From positions 32,001-96,000 of IMG/VR virus record IMGVR_UViG_3300038443_002312: a stretch of 64,000 nucleotides of DNA. One strand, given 5' to 3'. Position numbers and translations under genes: made by a program. Position 1 is the stretch's first letter. Each line of letters opens with the position of its first letter. This document shows positions 18,838 to 28,507 of this stretch, piece after piece. Origin of the DNA: a virus. The notes under the pieces are model-generated. The model had not been told where the DNA came from. It saw only the letters and a list, made by a program, of their open reading frames with translations, and searched no databases.

Positions 18838-19411
18838 GGTCCGCCTCCCCTGCCAGTTGGTTGGCCGAAATGTCCCGGGACCGGACGGCCCGCGGCCCGT
18901 CCGGCGGGTCGGCCGCCGGGTCCGGGTTCGTCCGCGCGACCGCCTCGACCCACTCCCGCGTCCCGGCCGTCGCGACCTCGGCGGACACCGGGCCCCAGGT
19001 CGCCCGCGGGCCGGCCCCGCCGACGAGCCCGCAGAACCCGTTCAGGAGGCCGAGGACGGACACCGCCGGCACGCCGGCCCCGGTCTCCGCCCCGCCCCAG
19101 CACTGCACGGTCGGGTGATCGGCCAGGGCCTCGGAGCACTCGGCCCGGTGCAGGAGCAGGGCCGACACGGCCCCCCGGTCGAGGGCCAGGGCCTCGTTCA
19201 GGTACGCGACCAGCGCGTCCGTCCACGGGGCCGGGCCCCAGGCCGGCCCCCACTTCGGCAGTTGGGAGAGCGGGAGGTTGATACTCGGGGCCCGGGCGAC
19301 CCGGGCGAGCACGCCCGTCAGTTCCGCGCGGGTCAGCCGCTCCAGCGCGGCCACCACCTCGGCCTCGACCGCCTCCACCACCCCCGCCCGGTCGTCACTC
19401 GCCTGGCCCAC
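18827..19411 (-). CDS. Hypothetical phage protein
   Basis: LNEALALD..A...L..R..CSEALADHPTVQ...LGLLNG. Confidence 0.6.
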   Translation of the reverse strand: MGQASDDRAGVVEAVEAEVVAALERLTRAELTGVLARVARAPSINLPLSQLPKWGPAWGPAPWTDALVAYLNEALALDRGAVSALLLHRAECSEALADHPTVQCWGGAETGAGVPAVSVLGLLNGFCGLVGGAGPRATWGPVSAEVATAGTREWVEAVARTNPDPAADPPDGPRAVRSRDISANQLAGEADRGQ

Positions 19412-19781
19412 GGTCGCCCTCCCCCGGTCCGAGTAGTCCCTTGGCCGCCAGTTTCGCGCGGATCGCCCGCAGGAGCGGGTCGGCGTCGACCGCCCGCAGG
19501 GCCGCCTCCAGGTCCGCCGCCCGCTTCTCCAGGGCCTTGGCCCGGGCCTCCAGCCCCTCGATCGCCAGGCCGAGGATGCTGGCCCCGGCGACCATCGCGA
19601 GGGCCAGGAACGGGCAGACGACGCCCATGGTGCGGAATCCGGCGACCGCCGCCGGGCCCGTCGTGTCGCCGAACGCCCCGGCCACGTACAGGAGCCACAG
19701 GACGGCCAGGGTCAGGGCGGTGAGCCCGAAGGTCAGCCACTGATGCTCCCGCGCCGTCAGTTTCCGCCGCTCGTCCGCCAT
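19395..19781 (-). CDS. Membrane protein with coiled coil
   Basis: 2 TM plus heptad C-terminus. Confidence 0.55.
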   Translation of the reverse strand: MADERRKLTAREHQWLTFGLTALTLAVLWLLYVAGAFGDTTGPAAVAGFRTMGVVCPFLALAMVAGASILGLAIEGLEARAKALEKRAADLEAALRAVDADPLLRAIRAKLAAKGLLGPGEGDRGPGE

Positions 19782-19797
19782 GTGCCCTCCCGGCCCG

Positions 19798-20520
19798 TCA
19801 GGCCGCCCCCGTGTCCATGAACCCGGTGAAGTCCATCCGCCCGGCCAGCCGGGCGAGGATCTTGACCTCCAGCTGCCGGACCCGCTCGCGGGTGATCCCG
19901 AAGGTCGCCCCGACCGCGTCCAGGGTCAGCCCCTCGACGAACCGCAGGCGGACGACCTCGGCCTGCCGCGGGTCGAGCCAGCGGTTGACCTCCCGCCAGA
20001 ACGCCGCCCGGTCCAGGCTGGCGCCGCCCTCCTCGGTCGGGTCCCGCTCGGTGTCGTCCGCGAGCAGGGGCCCGCGCGGCGACCGGGTGAGGTCCCCCTT
20101 CGTCGCCCCGATCGGCTGGTCGAGCGAGACCGGGCGGTGGACGTAGCGCATCTCGGTCTCGTTCGGGACCCGGGCCCCGGCGTTCGACTCGCGGGCCCGG
20201 AACCGGCGGAGGCGCATCTCGACCCAGTAGGTGGCGTAGGTCAGGTACGACGTCCCGCGGGTCGGGTCGTACCGCCGGGCCGCGAGGACCAGGCCCACGA
20301 CCGCCTCCTGCCGCATGTCGTCGAGGGCCACCGCCGCCCGGTTCATCTGCCACCACCGGTACGCCAGCCCGAAGGCCAGCGGGCGGAACCGGACGACGAC
20401 CGCCTCGCGCTCCGGGGCGGTCAGGTAGGGCAGGTCGGCCGCGGGGCCGCCGTCGTCCGCGAGGCGGCCGAGGGCCGCCTCGTCCGCCCCGTCCCACTCG
20501 ACCGGGGTGGCCCGCCTCAG
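19798..20520 (-). CDS. Sigma-70 family RNA polymerase sigma factor (start uncertain)
   Basis: Region 2 DMRQEAVVGLVLAARRYDPTRGTSYLTYATYWV; VSLDQP; region 4 TLDAVGATFGITRERVRQLE. Confidence 0.85.
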   Translation of the reverse strand: MRRATPVEWDGADEAALGRLADDGGPAADLPYLTAPEREAVVVRFRPLAFGLAYRWWQMNRAAVALDDMRQEAVVGLVLAARRYDPTRGTSYLTYATYWVEMRLRRFRARESNAGARVPNETEMRYVHRPVSLDQPIGATKGDLTRSPRGPLLADDTERDPTEEGGASLDRAAFWREVNRWLDPRQAEVVRLRFVEGLTLDAVGATFGITRERVRQLEVKILARLAGRMDFTGFMDTGAA

Positions 20521-21125
20521 CGGGGGCGGGTCAGTTCCTCCAGCCGCCGCTCCCCCGCCGGGGTCAGCCGCCACTTCGCCCCGGTCGACCACCCGGTCAG
20601 CTGGAACAGGTGGCGGTGGACCGCCATCGCGTTCCGGGTCGACTGGGCCGACCGGCCGACCGCCCGGGCCAGCACGGTCACCTTGGTCGGCCCGCCCGCG
20701 AGCAGGCGGATCAGGCGGTCCACGACGTCGCCCCCGGCTGGGACCGGGTCCGGGGCGACGGCTTTTCCCGGTGGGGCCGCCGGGCGGTCCGGCCGCGGCG
20801 GGGGCGGGGCGAAGCAGGGGGCCGGGGGCGGTGGCCCCGGGTCCGGCTGGTCGGGGTCCGGCGCCCGGGCCGGCAGCGCGTCGACCAGTCGCGGCGGCGC
20901 GTCCCGGGCGACGACGACCAGGGCGGCGATGGGTCCGGCCTCGGCGACCACCCGGACGGCCTCCCGGCCCAGCAGGCGGGCCAGGGCGTTCCGCTGGGCC
21001 ACGAATTCGGCCAGCCGCGCGTCGGCCGCCGCCAGCGTGTCCGCCGACACCCGCGGCAGGACCGCGAGGAAGGCGGCCCACGGGTCGCCTTCCGCCGCCG
21101 TCAGTTCTGCGGGCGACTCTCCCAC
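20517..21125 (-). CDS. Hypothetical protein with C-terminal wHTH-like segment
   Basis: GPTKVTVLARAVGRS...WRLTPAG. Confidence 0.6.
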   Translation of the reverse strand: MGESPAELTAAEGDPWAAFLAVLPRVSADTLAAADARLAEFVAQRNALARLLGREAVRVVAEAGPIAALVVVARDAPPRLVDALPARAPDPDQPDPGPPPPAPCFAPPPPRPDRPAAPPGKAVAPDPVPAGGDVVDRLIRLLAGGPTKVTVLARAVGRSAQSTRNAMAVHRHLFQLTGWSTGAKWRLTPAGERRLEELTRPR

Positions 21126-21139
21126 GGCCGATCTCCCCG

Positions 21140-21373
21140 TCAGTTGCTCTCGGTGGCCACCACGGCGTCCGGCCCGACCGGATCGCCCGCGTCGCGGAAC
21201 TCCTTCAAAACCGCGAGCATGTCGTGCACCTCGCCCCGCCCGACCACGAGCAGGTAGTCGAACCCGGCCGCCTGGGCCGTCGGGATGCCGCCGCCGTCGA
21301 CCGTGACGGTCAGTACGGGTTCCGCGGCCAGCCTCTCCAACCGGGCGACCACGTCCGCGAGCGTTTTCATCAC
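21140..21373 (-). CDS. Hypothetical protein
   Basis: GGAGG RBS. Confidence 0.55.
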   Translation of the reverse strand: MMKTLADVVARLERLAAEPVLTVTVDGGGIPTAQAAGFDYLLVVGRGEVHDMLAVLKEFRDAGDPVGPDAVVATESN

Positions 21374-21421
21374 CCCTCCGCCGGCCGGGCCGGCACGTTC
21401 ACCAGTTCGAGCCGACCCCGG

Positions 21422-21816
21422 TCAGTTCCCGCCGACTCCCGGCCCCGCCCCGCCGAGCCCGCGGACGACCACGTGCCGCTCGTGCATGTCGCGGAGCACG
21501 GCCGCGTCGGCGTCGGACAGGCCCGGGATCTTCGCCGCGTCCACCACCACCCGGACGACGCCCGGCCAAAACGCTTCCCGCCGCCGGCACAGGGCGACCA
21601 CGAACGCCAGGTCGGACAGGATCGCGGCCGCCGGGTCGCCCGGCTCGATGTCCTCCAGCCGCCGGGCCAGGTCGCACGGGTCGACCTCGACCGGGATCGC
21701 CTTCAGGGCGTCCGCGAGCCGGCTGTCTCGTACCGGGCGCGCCGGTCGCCCTCACCCCCGACCCCGCCGTCCAGGGCGTACTCCACGACGACCCGCAGTT
21801 TGACCCGCCCCTCCAT
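21422..21816 (-). pseudogene. Frameshifted or deletion-fused gene
   Basis: 37-codon 5' frame (MEGRVKLRVVVEY...RARYET) stops; coding-like frame continues from ~21725 to stop 21422 with no own start. Confidence 0.5.
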
Positions 21817-21845
21817 CGCACCCCTCCCGGCCAACCCGTTGGCCA

Positions 21846-22283
21846 CTAGCCCCGACCGTCCCCGGCCGGCGCGTTCGCCACCCGGACGTCGGGGGTGTTC
21901 TCGGCCATCTCCCGGAGGGCGCCCAGGTACCGGGCCCGCTCCTCGGCGTCCGCCGCCCGCCCCGCGACCACCCCGGCGTCGACCACCAGGACCGCCGGGG
22001 ATGTCACCCCCGTCGTCCCGCCCCCGGCCAACCGCTGGACCACCGCCGCCGCCGTCAGGACGTCGTCAGCCGCCTCCCCGGCCGCCTCCATGAGCCCGAG
22101 CACCAGGTCCTCGGGCAAGACCTCCTCGCTCGCCAGGGTCGCCACCAGGGCGACCCCGATCGCCCGGCCGATCGCCTCCCCGGCCGGCCCGTTCACCCCG
22201 GCCTGCTCGGTCGTCTCGAACCGCCGGGCCCGCGACCCGTCGTCGAACTCCAGGACGAGCCGGAACTTCACCGTGTCGCCCAT
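21846..22283 (-). CDS. Hypothetical protein
   Basis: ATG 22283 with GGAGG. Confidence 0.6.
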   Translation of the reverse strand: MGDTVKFRLVLEFDDGSRARRFETTEQAGVNGPAGEAIGRAIGVALVATLASEEVLPEDLVLGLMEAAGEAADDVLTAAAVVQRLAGGGTTGVTSPAVLVVDAGVVAGRAADAEERARYLGALREMAENTPDVRVANAPAGDGRG

Positions 22284-22313
22284 GTCGCCCTCCCTCGCCG
22301 CCACTAGGACCAC

Positions 22314-22505
22314 TTACCGCCGGGCCCCGAAGTACCACCGCACGAACTGCACGTAGGCCACCCCGAACCCGGACCCCCAGACCGCGAACACGAACACCAC
22401 CCCGTGCAGGGCCGGCGGCAGGGTCGCGGCCGCGGCACACGCCGCCACCCCCAGGCACCCGAACCCGAAGGCCAAGGGCTTCAGCCAGTCCCCCGCGTCG
22501 TCCAT
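22314..22505 (-). CDS. Small membrane protein
   Basis: Coupled to terminase stop; hydrophobic. Confidence 0.5.
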   Translation of the reverse strand: MDDAGDWLKPLAFGFGCLGVAACAAAATLPPALHGVVFVFAVWGSGFGVAYVQFVRWYFGARR

Positions 22506-24136
22506 CACGCCGCCTCCAGGTCCGCCCACCCGAGTTTCACCCGCATGTCCGCCGCCGCGATCGCGATCCCCCACGCCACCGCCAAATCGTCCAGCAGCGG
22601 GGCCGGGGCCGCGAGCGTGTCCGCCTCGATCGTGATGATCTGGTCGTACAGGTCCCGGGAGTGCACCACGCACCGGTTCGCCGTGATCCGGCTCGCCGCC
22701 CGGTGGTACATGAGTTCCTTACTCCGCCCGTCCGTCGCCCACCCCTTGCCCCCGTCCGGCCCGTTCCCCAGGCTCGCGTCGTAGTCCCCCCGGTCCCGGA
22801 CCGTGTGCCACCACGTGATGAACGCGTGCCCGTGGTTGTTCCGCTCCGGCATCACCCGGCACTTCGCCCCGGCCGGCTTCCGGTACCAGTCGCACAGGGC
22901 CGCCGAGTAACTGGCCAGGACCTCCGGCGTGTACTTCCCCCGGACGATCGCCACCTCCTCGCCCGACTCGTCGTCCACCACCACGAGCGCCGAGTCGCAC
23001 GACGTCCGCAGGCCCTGGGCCGGGTCCCCGCCGATCGTGTACGCCCGCCCCATCTCCGGCACCCGGTACACCCGGCACCCCTGCTGGTGCTGGTACCCCG
23101 GCAGGGACGCCGGGCACCGGGCCTCGCCCTTCCCGTAGGTGGGGTGGTCCCACGCCGCCTTGGCCCGCGCCAAGGGCACCGGGTCCAGCGGCACGAAGAC
23201 GTGCGAGCACCGGTCCTCCGGGAACCGCTTGTCCAACTGCGAGGCCGCCAGGGCCTCCTCGGGCGTGGCCGGGTACGACTCGTGGACCGCGTCCAGACTG
23301 AACGTCGTCGCCTTGCTGTGGGCCACCTGAGCCCGGTACCACGCCCGGGTCCGCTCCGGCCGCGCCCACCACGGCAGGAAGCACGCCGCCGCCCCCGGCA
23401 GGTTCCCCGCCCGGGCCTCCCGCCACAGGTTCTTGAACACGCTCCCCGGGGCCTTCTTGTCCACCCGGGAGATCAGGAACAGTTTCCCCCCGTTGTCCAC
23501 CGTCGGCTTGACCCGGGACAGGAGCACCTCCAGCTTCGGGATCAGGTCGCACTCGTCGATGACGGCGACCGAGGCCGTGTACGAGTCCCCGGCACTGGTC
23601 GGGAAGGCCCGGGCCGTCGCCCCGTTCGCCAGGAACCACTGGTGCCCGCTCTCCCCCTGGAGCTTCCCGCCCCGGGTGAACGACCCCGCCGGGTGCAGCC
23701 ACGGCGGCAGGCGGACGAACATCCCCTTCAGCCGCCGCATCATCTCCAGGGCCTCGGTGTCCCGGAGGGAGAACAGCAGGGCCGACGTCTGCGGGACGAA
23801 GAGGAGCATCCACAGCACGAACGCGAGGGCCAGCCAGGTCAGCCCGATCTGCCGGGGCTTGAGCACGTACACCTGGGAAAATCGCCTAAACTTCTGGAGC
23901 GGGTCGATCTGGGCCGGCCACAACTCGAACCGCACCCAGTCCCCGCCCACCGACTCCCCGAGCGACGTCGTCCTCGCCGCCACCTCGATACTGCAATACG
24001 TGCTGACGAAGTACCACGGGCTCGTCGCGCACTTCGCCGCCTCGGCCGCGACCACCTCCGCGGCCGGCTCGTCGTCCCACGCCGCCCAACTGGGGCGGAC
24101 GTACCCCGCCACGGCCTCCTTACCCCGGGTCGCCAT
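22505..24136 (-). CDS. terL: Terminase large subunit
   Basis: Q-motif WPAQ, Walker A LKPRQIGLTW, Walker B VIDE, nuclease IGGDPAQG...D...ERNNHG...DDLAVAW. Confidence 0.9.
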   Translation of the reverse strand: MATRGKEAVAGYVRPSWAAWDDEPAAEVVAAEAAKCATSPWYFVSTYCSIEVAARTTSLGESVGGDWVRFELWPAQIDPLQKFRRFSQVYVLKPRQIGLTWLALAFVLWMLLFVPQTSALLFSLRDTEALEMMRRLKGMFVRLPPWLHPAGSFTRGGKLQGESGHQWFLANGATARAFPTSAGDSYTASVAVIDECDLIPKLEVLLSRVKPTVDNGGKLFLISRVDKKAPGSVFKNLWREARAGNLPGAAACFLPWWARPERTRAWYRAQVAHSKATTFSLDAVHESYPATPEEALAASQLDKRFPEDRCSHVFVPLDPVPLARAKAAWDHPTYGKGEARCPASLPGYQHQQGCRVYRVPEMGRAYTIGGDPAQGLRTSCDSALVVVDDESGEEVAIVRGKYTPEVLASYSAALCDWYRKPAGAKCRVMPERNNHGHAFITWWHTVRDRGDYDASLGNGPDGGKGWATDGRSKELMYHRAASRITANRCVVHSRDLYDQIITIEADTLAAPAPLLDDLAVAWGIAIAAADMRVKLGWADLEAA

Positions 24137-24457
24137 TCAACCCATCTCCCGCAGGGCCGCCTCGTACACCTTCACCAGCCCGTCCCGGTCGGTCGGCTCG
24201 TCCCCCCGACAAATGGCCAGGACCGCCTGCCGGGCTTCGAGCAGGGGCCAGTCCGTTGGCAGAACCCGGTCCCCGAACGGGTCGGCGAAAAAGGCCGCGT
24301 CCGCCGTCGCCTCGTCGTCGGCCATCCCCTTGGCGGCCGCGAGGCAGCACCGCAGGCAGTACGAGCCCGCCCCGGCCGGGCACGTCTCCGGGTGCGGGTC
24401 GCCCCCGTCCCGGGCGACCGCGAGGGCCAGTTCCACCACCCGCCGGGCCGTGGTCAT
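24137..24457 (-). CDS. Hypothetical protein
   Basis: YCLRCC; abuts terL. Confidence 0.55.
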   Translation of the reverse strand: MTTARRVVELALAVARDGGDPHPETCPAGAGSYCLRCCLAAAKGMADDEATADAAFFADPFGDRVLPTDWPLLEARQAVLAICRGDEPTDRDGLVKVYEAALREMG

Positions 24458-26133
24458 TCCGGGACCACCTCGACCCAGTCGGTCCGGGTCGTGTACGCGT
24501 CGAGCCCGCCGGACTCCTCCGCCCGCAACCGGGTCATCCGCCCCGGTTCCGGCGACTCGGCCACCCGGTACACCGGCCCGCCCCGGCTCGTCCGTACCCG
24601 GGTCCCGACCGGCACGTCTTCGAGGGCGAAGAGTCGCGTGGTCTCCGCCCCGGCCGTGACGTCCTTCGGCACCGGGTAGACCATCGCGCCTTCCCCGATG
24701 CAGGCCCTGACGTTGTGCCGGAGGTTGACCAGTTCCAGGACCCCCGGGCCCCGGTCACTGGCGGGACCGATCACCCGGAACACCGTCTCTTTCTCCGGCG
24801 ACTCGCGGAACCAGTCCCCCGGCTTCAGGTCGCCCGCCCGGACCGCCCGCGGGCCCGCGGTCGGCTCACCGGAACCCGACTTCGTCTCACCGGCCGGTCC
24901 GCCCGCGGGTTCCGGGTAGACGACCGCGTCCGCCCCGACCCGCGTCTGCCGGTTCTCGGCGAGGTTCTTCACCGCCACGACGGCCGGGAGGTCGAGCGGG
25001 CCGACCACCTCGAAGACCGTCTCGGCCCCCGGGGAGCAGCGGAACCAGGCGCCCGGCTCCAGGTCGCGGGCCCGGACCGCCCCGGCCGGCAGGGGACTCG
25101 GCTCGGCCGGCCACGCCCCCGCCCCGATCACCTCGACCCGCGTCTCGGGGTCCATCCACAGCGTCCCGCGGTCGGGCACGTGGACCTCGACCCCCCTCAG
25201 GGAGTCGTACCCGCGGACCTTGTACACACCCCCGCCCGGCCGGGTGCGGACGACCGCCCCGGCGTCCAGGTCGCCGATCCGCACCAGCCCGGCGGCGTCG
25301 GGCCCGACCGCCGTCTTGTCCCGGGCCGGGGCGGCCTCCCTCGTCGCCTCGTGGACGACCTCGACCACCGTGTCGGTCGACTCCCAGGAGACGCCGCCGT
25401 CCGGGGCGGTCAGTTTGACCCCCTTCAGGGAGTCGTACCCGCCGACCGTGCTGGCCGGGTCGCCCGGATTGCCCCGGACCGCCGACCCCAGGGGCAGGTC
25501 GCCGAGCCGGGCCCGCCGCCCGGTGGGGAAGGGGACCTCCGCCTCGGCCCGGGCTCGCCGCCTGCCAAGCGGGATTTCCGCCTGGACCCGACCGAGCAGG
25601 TCCGCGGCCAGTTTCACGCCGTCCCGGGACGCCTGCTCGACCCGCTCCTTCGCGGCCTCGACCGCCGCCAGAGCGGCGGGCACGTCCGCCTTAGCCGCCC
25701 CGACCACCTCGACGAACCGGCCGGCCGAGGCGTGCATCAGCGGTTCCCCGCCGGGCGTCTCCATCTGGACGTAGTTGGGCATCCCCTGGACCGCCGCCAC
25801 CCGCTCGACCTCGCCGCCCGCGAGCGTCCGGACCAGCGTCCCCGGCGGGAGCTTGCCGAGGACCGCGAACAGGGGGGCGGCGGGCGCGGGGGCCGCCGCC
25901 TCCGGGACGACCCGCAGGGCCGCCGCCGGGAGGGTCGCGAGCCGCACGCCCCCGTCCGGCCCCATCCAGGCGACCGCCACGTCCCCGGCCGCGAGCCGCA
26001 CCGGTTCGACCCCGCCCTTGCGGTGGTTGTACAGGGTGTCCCCCGCCACCGCCGAGACGACCATCCGGACCCCGCCGTCCTCGGGTTCCGAGGCCAGCCG
26101 GACCACCACCCCCTTCGCCACCCCGTCGCTCAT
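24454..26133 (-). CDS. Protein of ~6 tandem SH3/KOW-like modules
   Basis: Repeats LGKLPPGTLVR, LGDLPLGSAVR, IGDLDAGAVVR, ARDLEPGAWFR, AGDLKPGDWFR, LEDVPVGTRVR. Confidence 0.7.
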   Translation of the reverse strand: MSDGVAKGVVVRLASEPEDGGVRMVVSAVAGDTLYNHRKGGVEPVRLAAGDVAVAWMGPDGGVRLATLPAAALRVVPEAAAPAPAAPLFAVLGKLPPGTLVRTLAGGEVERVAAVQGMPNYVQMETPGGEPLMHASAGRFVEVVGAAKADVPAALAAVEAAKERVEQASRDGVKLAADLLGRVQAEIPLGRRRARAEAEVPFPTGRRARLGDLPLGSAVRGNPGDPASTVGGYDSLKGVKLTAPDGGVSWESTDTVVEVVHEATREAAPARDKTAVGPDAAGLVRIGDLDAGAVVRTRPGGGVYKVRGYDSLRGVEVHVPDRGTLWMDPETRVEVIGAGAWPAEPSPLPAGAVRARDLEPGAWFRCSPGAETVFEVVGPLDLPAVVAVKNLAENRQTRVGADAVVYPEPAGGPAGETKSGSGEPTAGPRAVRAGDLKPGDWFRESPEKETVFRVIGPASDRGPGVLELVNLRHNVRACIGEGAMVYPVPKDVTAGAETTRLFALEDVPVGTRVRTSRGGPVYRVAESPEPGRMTRLRAEESGGLDAYTTRTDWVEVVPE

Positions 26134-26245
26134 GGTGCCCTCACGCCGTGGATTCCGAGATTGTAACGGAGTGCCGTAGGCCACCCTCATCAACCGCAGC
26201 CCGCCAAAGGCTGATCGGTTAAGTTGCCATCAAGCAGGCAGCAGA

Positions 26246-27094
26246 CTACGCCGTGGAAGATCCCGTTTCCCAACTCCGCCCGCAGGCGTCACACCGGACC
26301 TCCTGCGCGTCCCCGCCCTGCGGGCCGGTGTCGGACCGGGCGTACACCTTCCCCGCCGCCCGGCAGAACCGGCACGGTTCGTCCTCCAGCCACGCCCAGT
26401 CCCCGAACCCGGCGGCCGCGGTCTCGGCCGCCGGGCGGAGGGGGGTCGCCCCCGCCGGCACGAACCGCCCGTCGCGGAACTCCGTCAGGGGCCGGACCCA
26501 CGTCCCCGACGCCCCGCAGTAGACCACCACCGGGGTCATATCCTTCTCCAGGACCCCGCACGTGAGGACCTTGTACTCGCCCCCGGACTTCACGTGCCGC
26601 CACAACGACTCCGGCGGCGGCCCGTCCCGGGCGATCACCGCGTGCACCGCCGGCAGCGGGTCGCCGGCCAGCGGATTGGCAGGTGTGGCCGGGGGCGCGG
26701 CCCCCAGCACCCCCCGGACGGCCCGGGCGGCGGCCAGGTCGGCCGCCTCGACCGTCGGGTACTCCCGCCACCCCGGTCCCCGCTCGGTCCCGCCCCGGAG
26801 GGCCCGGAAGACGGCGGCCGGCAGGCACGGGTACGCGTCCCCCGGGTAGATCGTGGGGTCGTACCAGGCCGAAACGGTCGTGTACGGGCTCCGGGCCCGG
26901 ACCGCCCGGGCGAACGCCTCGGGCGGGTCGAGCCGGTCGACCTGGTCCGCCCGCTCCCGGTCCGCCCGCAGCCGGGTCACCTCGCCGAGCAATTTCAAGA
27001 CCAGCCGGGACTTGCGGCACCCGACCGCCGACAGTTCCACGCTCCCGGCCCGGAGTTCTTCTTCCTCGCCGGCCGTGATGTTCTCGTCGCTCAT
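26246..27094 (-). CDS. Multi-module protein with DUF1653-like domain and C-terminal Zn ribbon
   Basis: WRHVKSGGEYKV...VVVY...WVRPLTEF.DGRF; CRFC...CDAC. Confidence 0.7.
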   Translation of the reverse strand: MSDENITAGEEEELRAGSVELSAVGCRKSRLVLKLLGEVTRLRADRERADQVDRLDPPEAFARAVRARSPYTTVSAWYDPTIYPGDAYPCLPAAVFRALRGGTERGPGWREYPTVEAADLAAARAVRGVLGAAPPATPANPLAGDPLPAVHAVIARDGPPPESLWRHVKSGGEYKVLTCGVLEKDMTPVVVYCGASGTWVRPLTEFRDGRFVPAGATPLRPAAETAAAGFGDWAWLEDEPCRFCRAAGKVYARSDTGPQGGDAQEVRCDACGRSWETGSSTA

Positions 27095-27113
27095 CGCCTT
27101 GCCCGTCAAGAGG

Positions 27114-27557
27114 TTAGTCCGGCAGGTCGCCCGCCGAATCGTAGGTGAACGCGCCCTCGCGGGCACCTTCCAAGCACCCGGCGTACCAGAGGAAGACGCC
27201 GAGCAAAAGCCCCGCCTGGCGGACCGAGTCGACGTTGTGCGGCAGGAGCACTTTCCCGCCGCGCGGGGCCCCGATCCCGTCGGCGAGGTCGAGCCCGCAG
27301 GCGTTGCCGGGCACGGTGATGTGCTCCGGCCCCCACTCCCCGCCCGCCACCCGGACCGCCAACGGGTCGTCCGTCTCGAACCCGAACGCCTTGAGCCACA
27401 CCGGGGCCAGTCGCCGGGCCGCCGCCCGGATCAGGTCGGGGGTGAGCCGCGCCCGCGCGACCTCGGCCCGCCACGCCGGGTAGAGGCGGACGGCGGGGCC
27501 GCAGACCCCGCGGGCCGCGTCCGGGTGCCAGTCGATCCCGTAAAGTTGTTCGGGCAC
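27114..27557 (-). CDS. Hypothetical protein
   Basis: EWGPEHITVPGNACGLD...PHNVDS. Confidence 0.55.
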   Translation of the reverse strand: MPEQLYGIDWHPDAARGVCGPAVRLYPAWRAEVARARLTPDLIRAAARRLAPVWLKAFGFETDDPLAVRVAGGEWGPEHITVPGNACGLDLADGIGAPRGGKVLLPHNVDSVRQAGLLLGVFLWYAGCLEGAREGAFTYDSAGDLPD

Positions 27558-27613
27558 GGCCACTCCGCCTTGTACACCGCCCACGCCGCACGGGTGGTAC
27601 GTGACCACCCGGG

Positions 27614-28090
27614 CTACCGGTTCGCGTCCCGCCACTCGTCCACCCCACTGTTCGGGGCCACCGGGTCGGGCCGGGCGGCGGCGAGCAGGTCGCGGAGGTC
27701 CGCGTTCTCCCGCCGCAGGGCGGCGACCTCGTTCTCCAGCCCCAGCAGGTACGCCCACAGGTCGGCCATCACCGCCCGGGTTCGCTTGACCAGGTCCGCC
27801 CCGTTCACCGCCCCGTCCAGCCGGACCCGCTTCTTCTCGGCGGTCTCGGCCTGGGCGAGGCGGTGGACCGCGTCGTTCAGCCGCCCCAACTCGCTCGCCT
27901 TCGCCGCCAGGGCCGCCGTCAGCCGCCGCCGCAGCGGGGTGTCCGCCTTGGCGAGCCCGGCGACCCGGACCTGGATCTGGCGGTACTCCTCGCTCGCCCG
28001 GAGCCGGCGGGACTTGGCCTCGTCCTGGGTCGCGGGCTCTTTCCAGTCGCAGGGGTCGCCGACGTCGGGCGTCTTCGGGGTCTCGGTCAC
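27614..28090 (-). CDS. Coiled-coil hypothetical protein
   Basis: Heptad-rich; coupled start. Confidence 0.55.
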   Translation of the reverse strand: MTETPKTPDVGDPCDWKEPATQDEAKSRRLRASEEYRQIQVRVAGLAKADTPLRRRLTAALAAKASELGRLNDAVHRLAQAETAEKKRVRLDGAVNGADLVKRTRAVMADLWAYLLGLENEVAALRRENADLRDLLAAARPDPVAPNSGVDEWRDANR

Positions 28091-28479
28091 AACTCGTCTC
28101 GCTCGCAGGTCCAGCCGAACAGCACGCGCAGCACCAGGCGGCGGAGCCAGTTCGGCCGGGGCAGGAGTTCGCTCCCGGGCAGGACGACCGGCCGGCCGGC
28201 CGTGTCCCGGCCGGTCACGACCACCCACCCGGTCGGCCGCGGGGGCCGGTCCAACCGGCCCCCGGCGTGGGTCATCGGGCCGGCCGGGTCCAGCCCGACC
28301 GTCGCCCCGGCCGGGTCGGCCAGCCCGGCCGACGCCAGCCGCCCCCGGGCGAAGTCCTCGACCAGCCCGACCGTCTTGTCCCCGCACGCGGGGCACGGGT
28401 CGGCGGGCGTCGATGCGCGGCAGGTGACGCACCACCGCGGCGAAACCGGCCGCGGCGGGACGGGGACTTCGGGGCTCAC
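28087..28479 (-). CDS. Zn-ribbon hypothetical protein
   Basis: CVTC...CPACG. Confidence 0.55.
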   Translation of the reverse strand: MSPEVPVPPRPVSPRWCVTCRASTPADPCPACGDKTVGLVEDFARGRLASAGLADPAGATVGLDPAGPMTHAGGRLDRPPRPTGWVVVTGRDTAGRPVVLPGSELLPRPNWLRRLVLRVLFGWTCERDEL

Positions 28480-28507
28480 GGGGACTCCGGGGCGACCGGT
28501 TGGCGAA

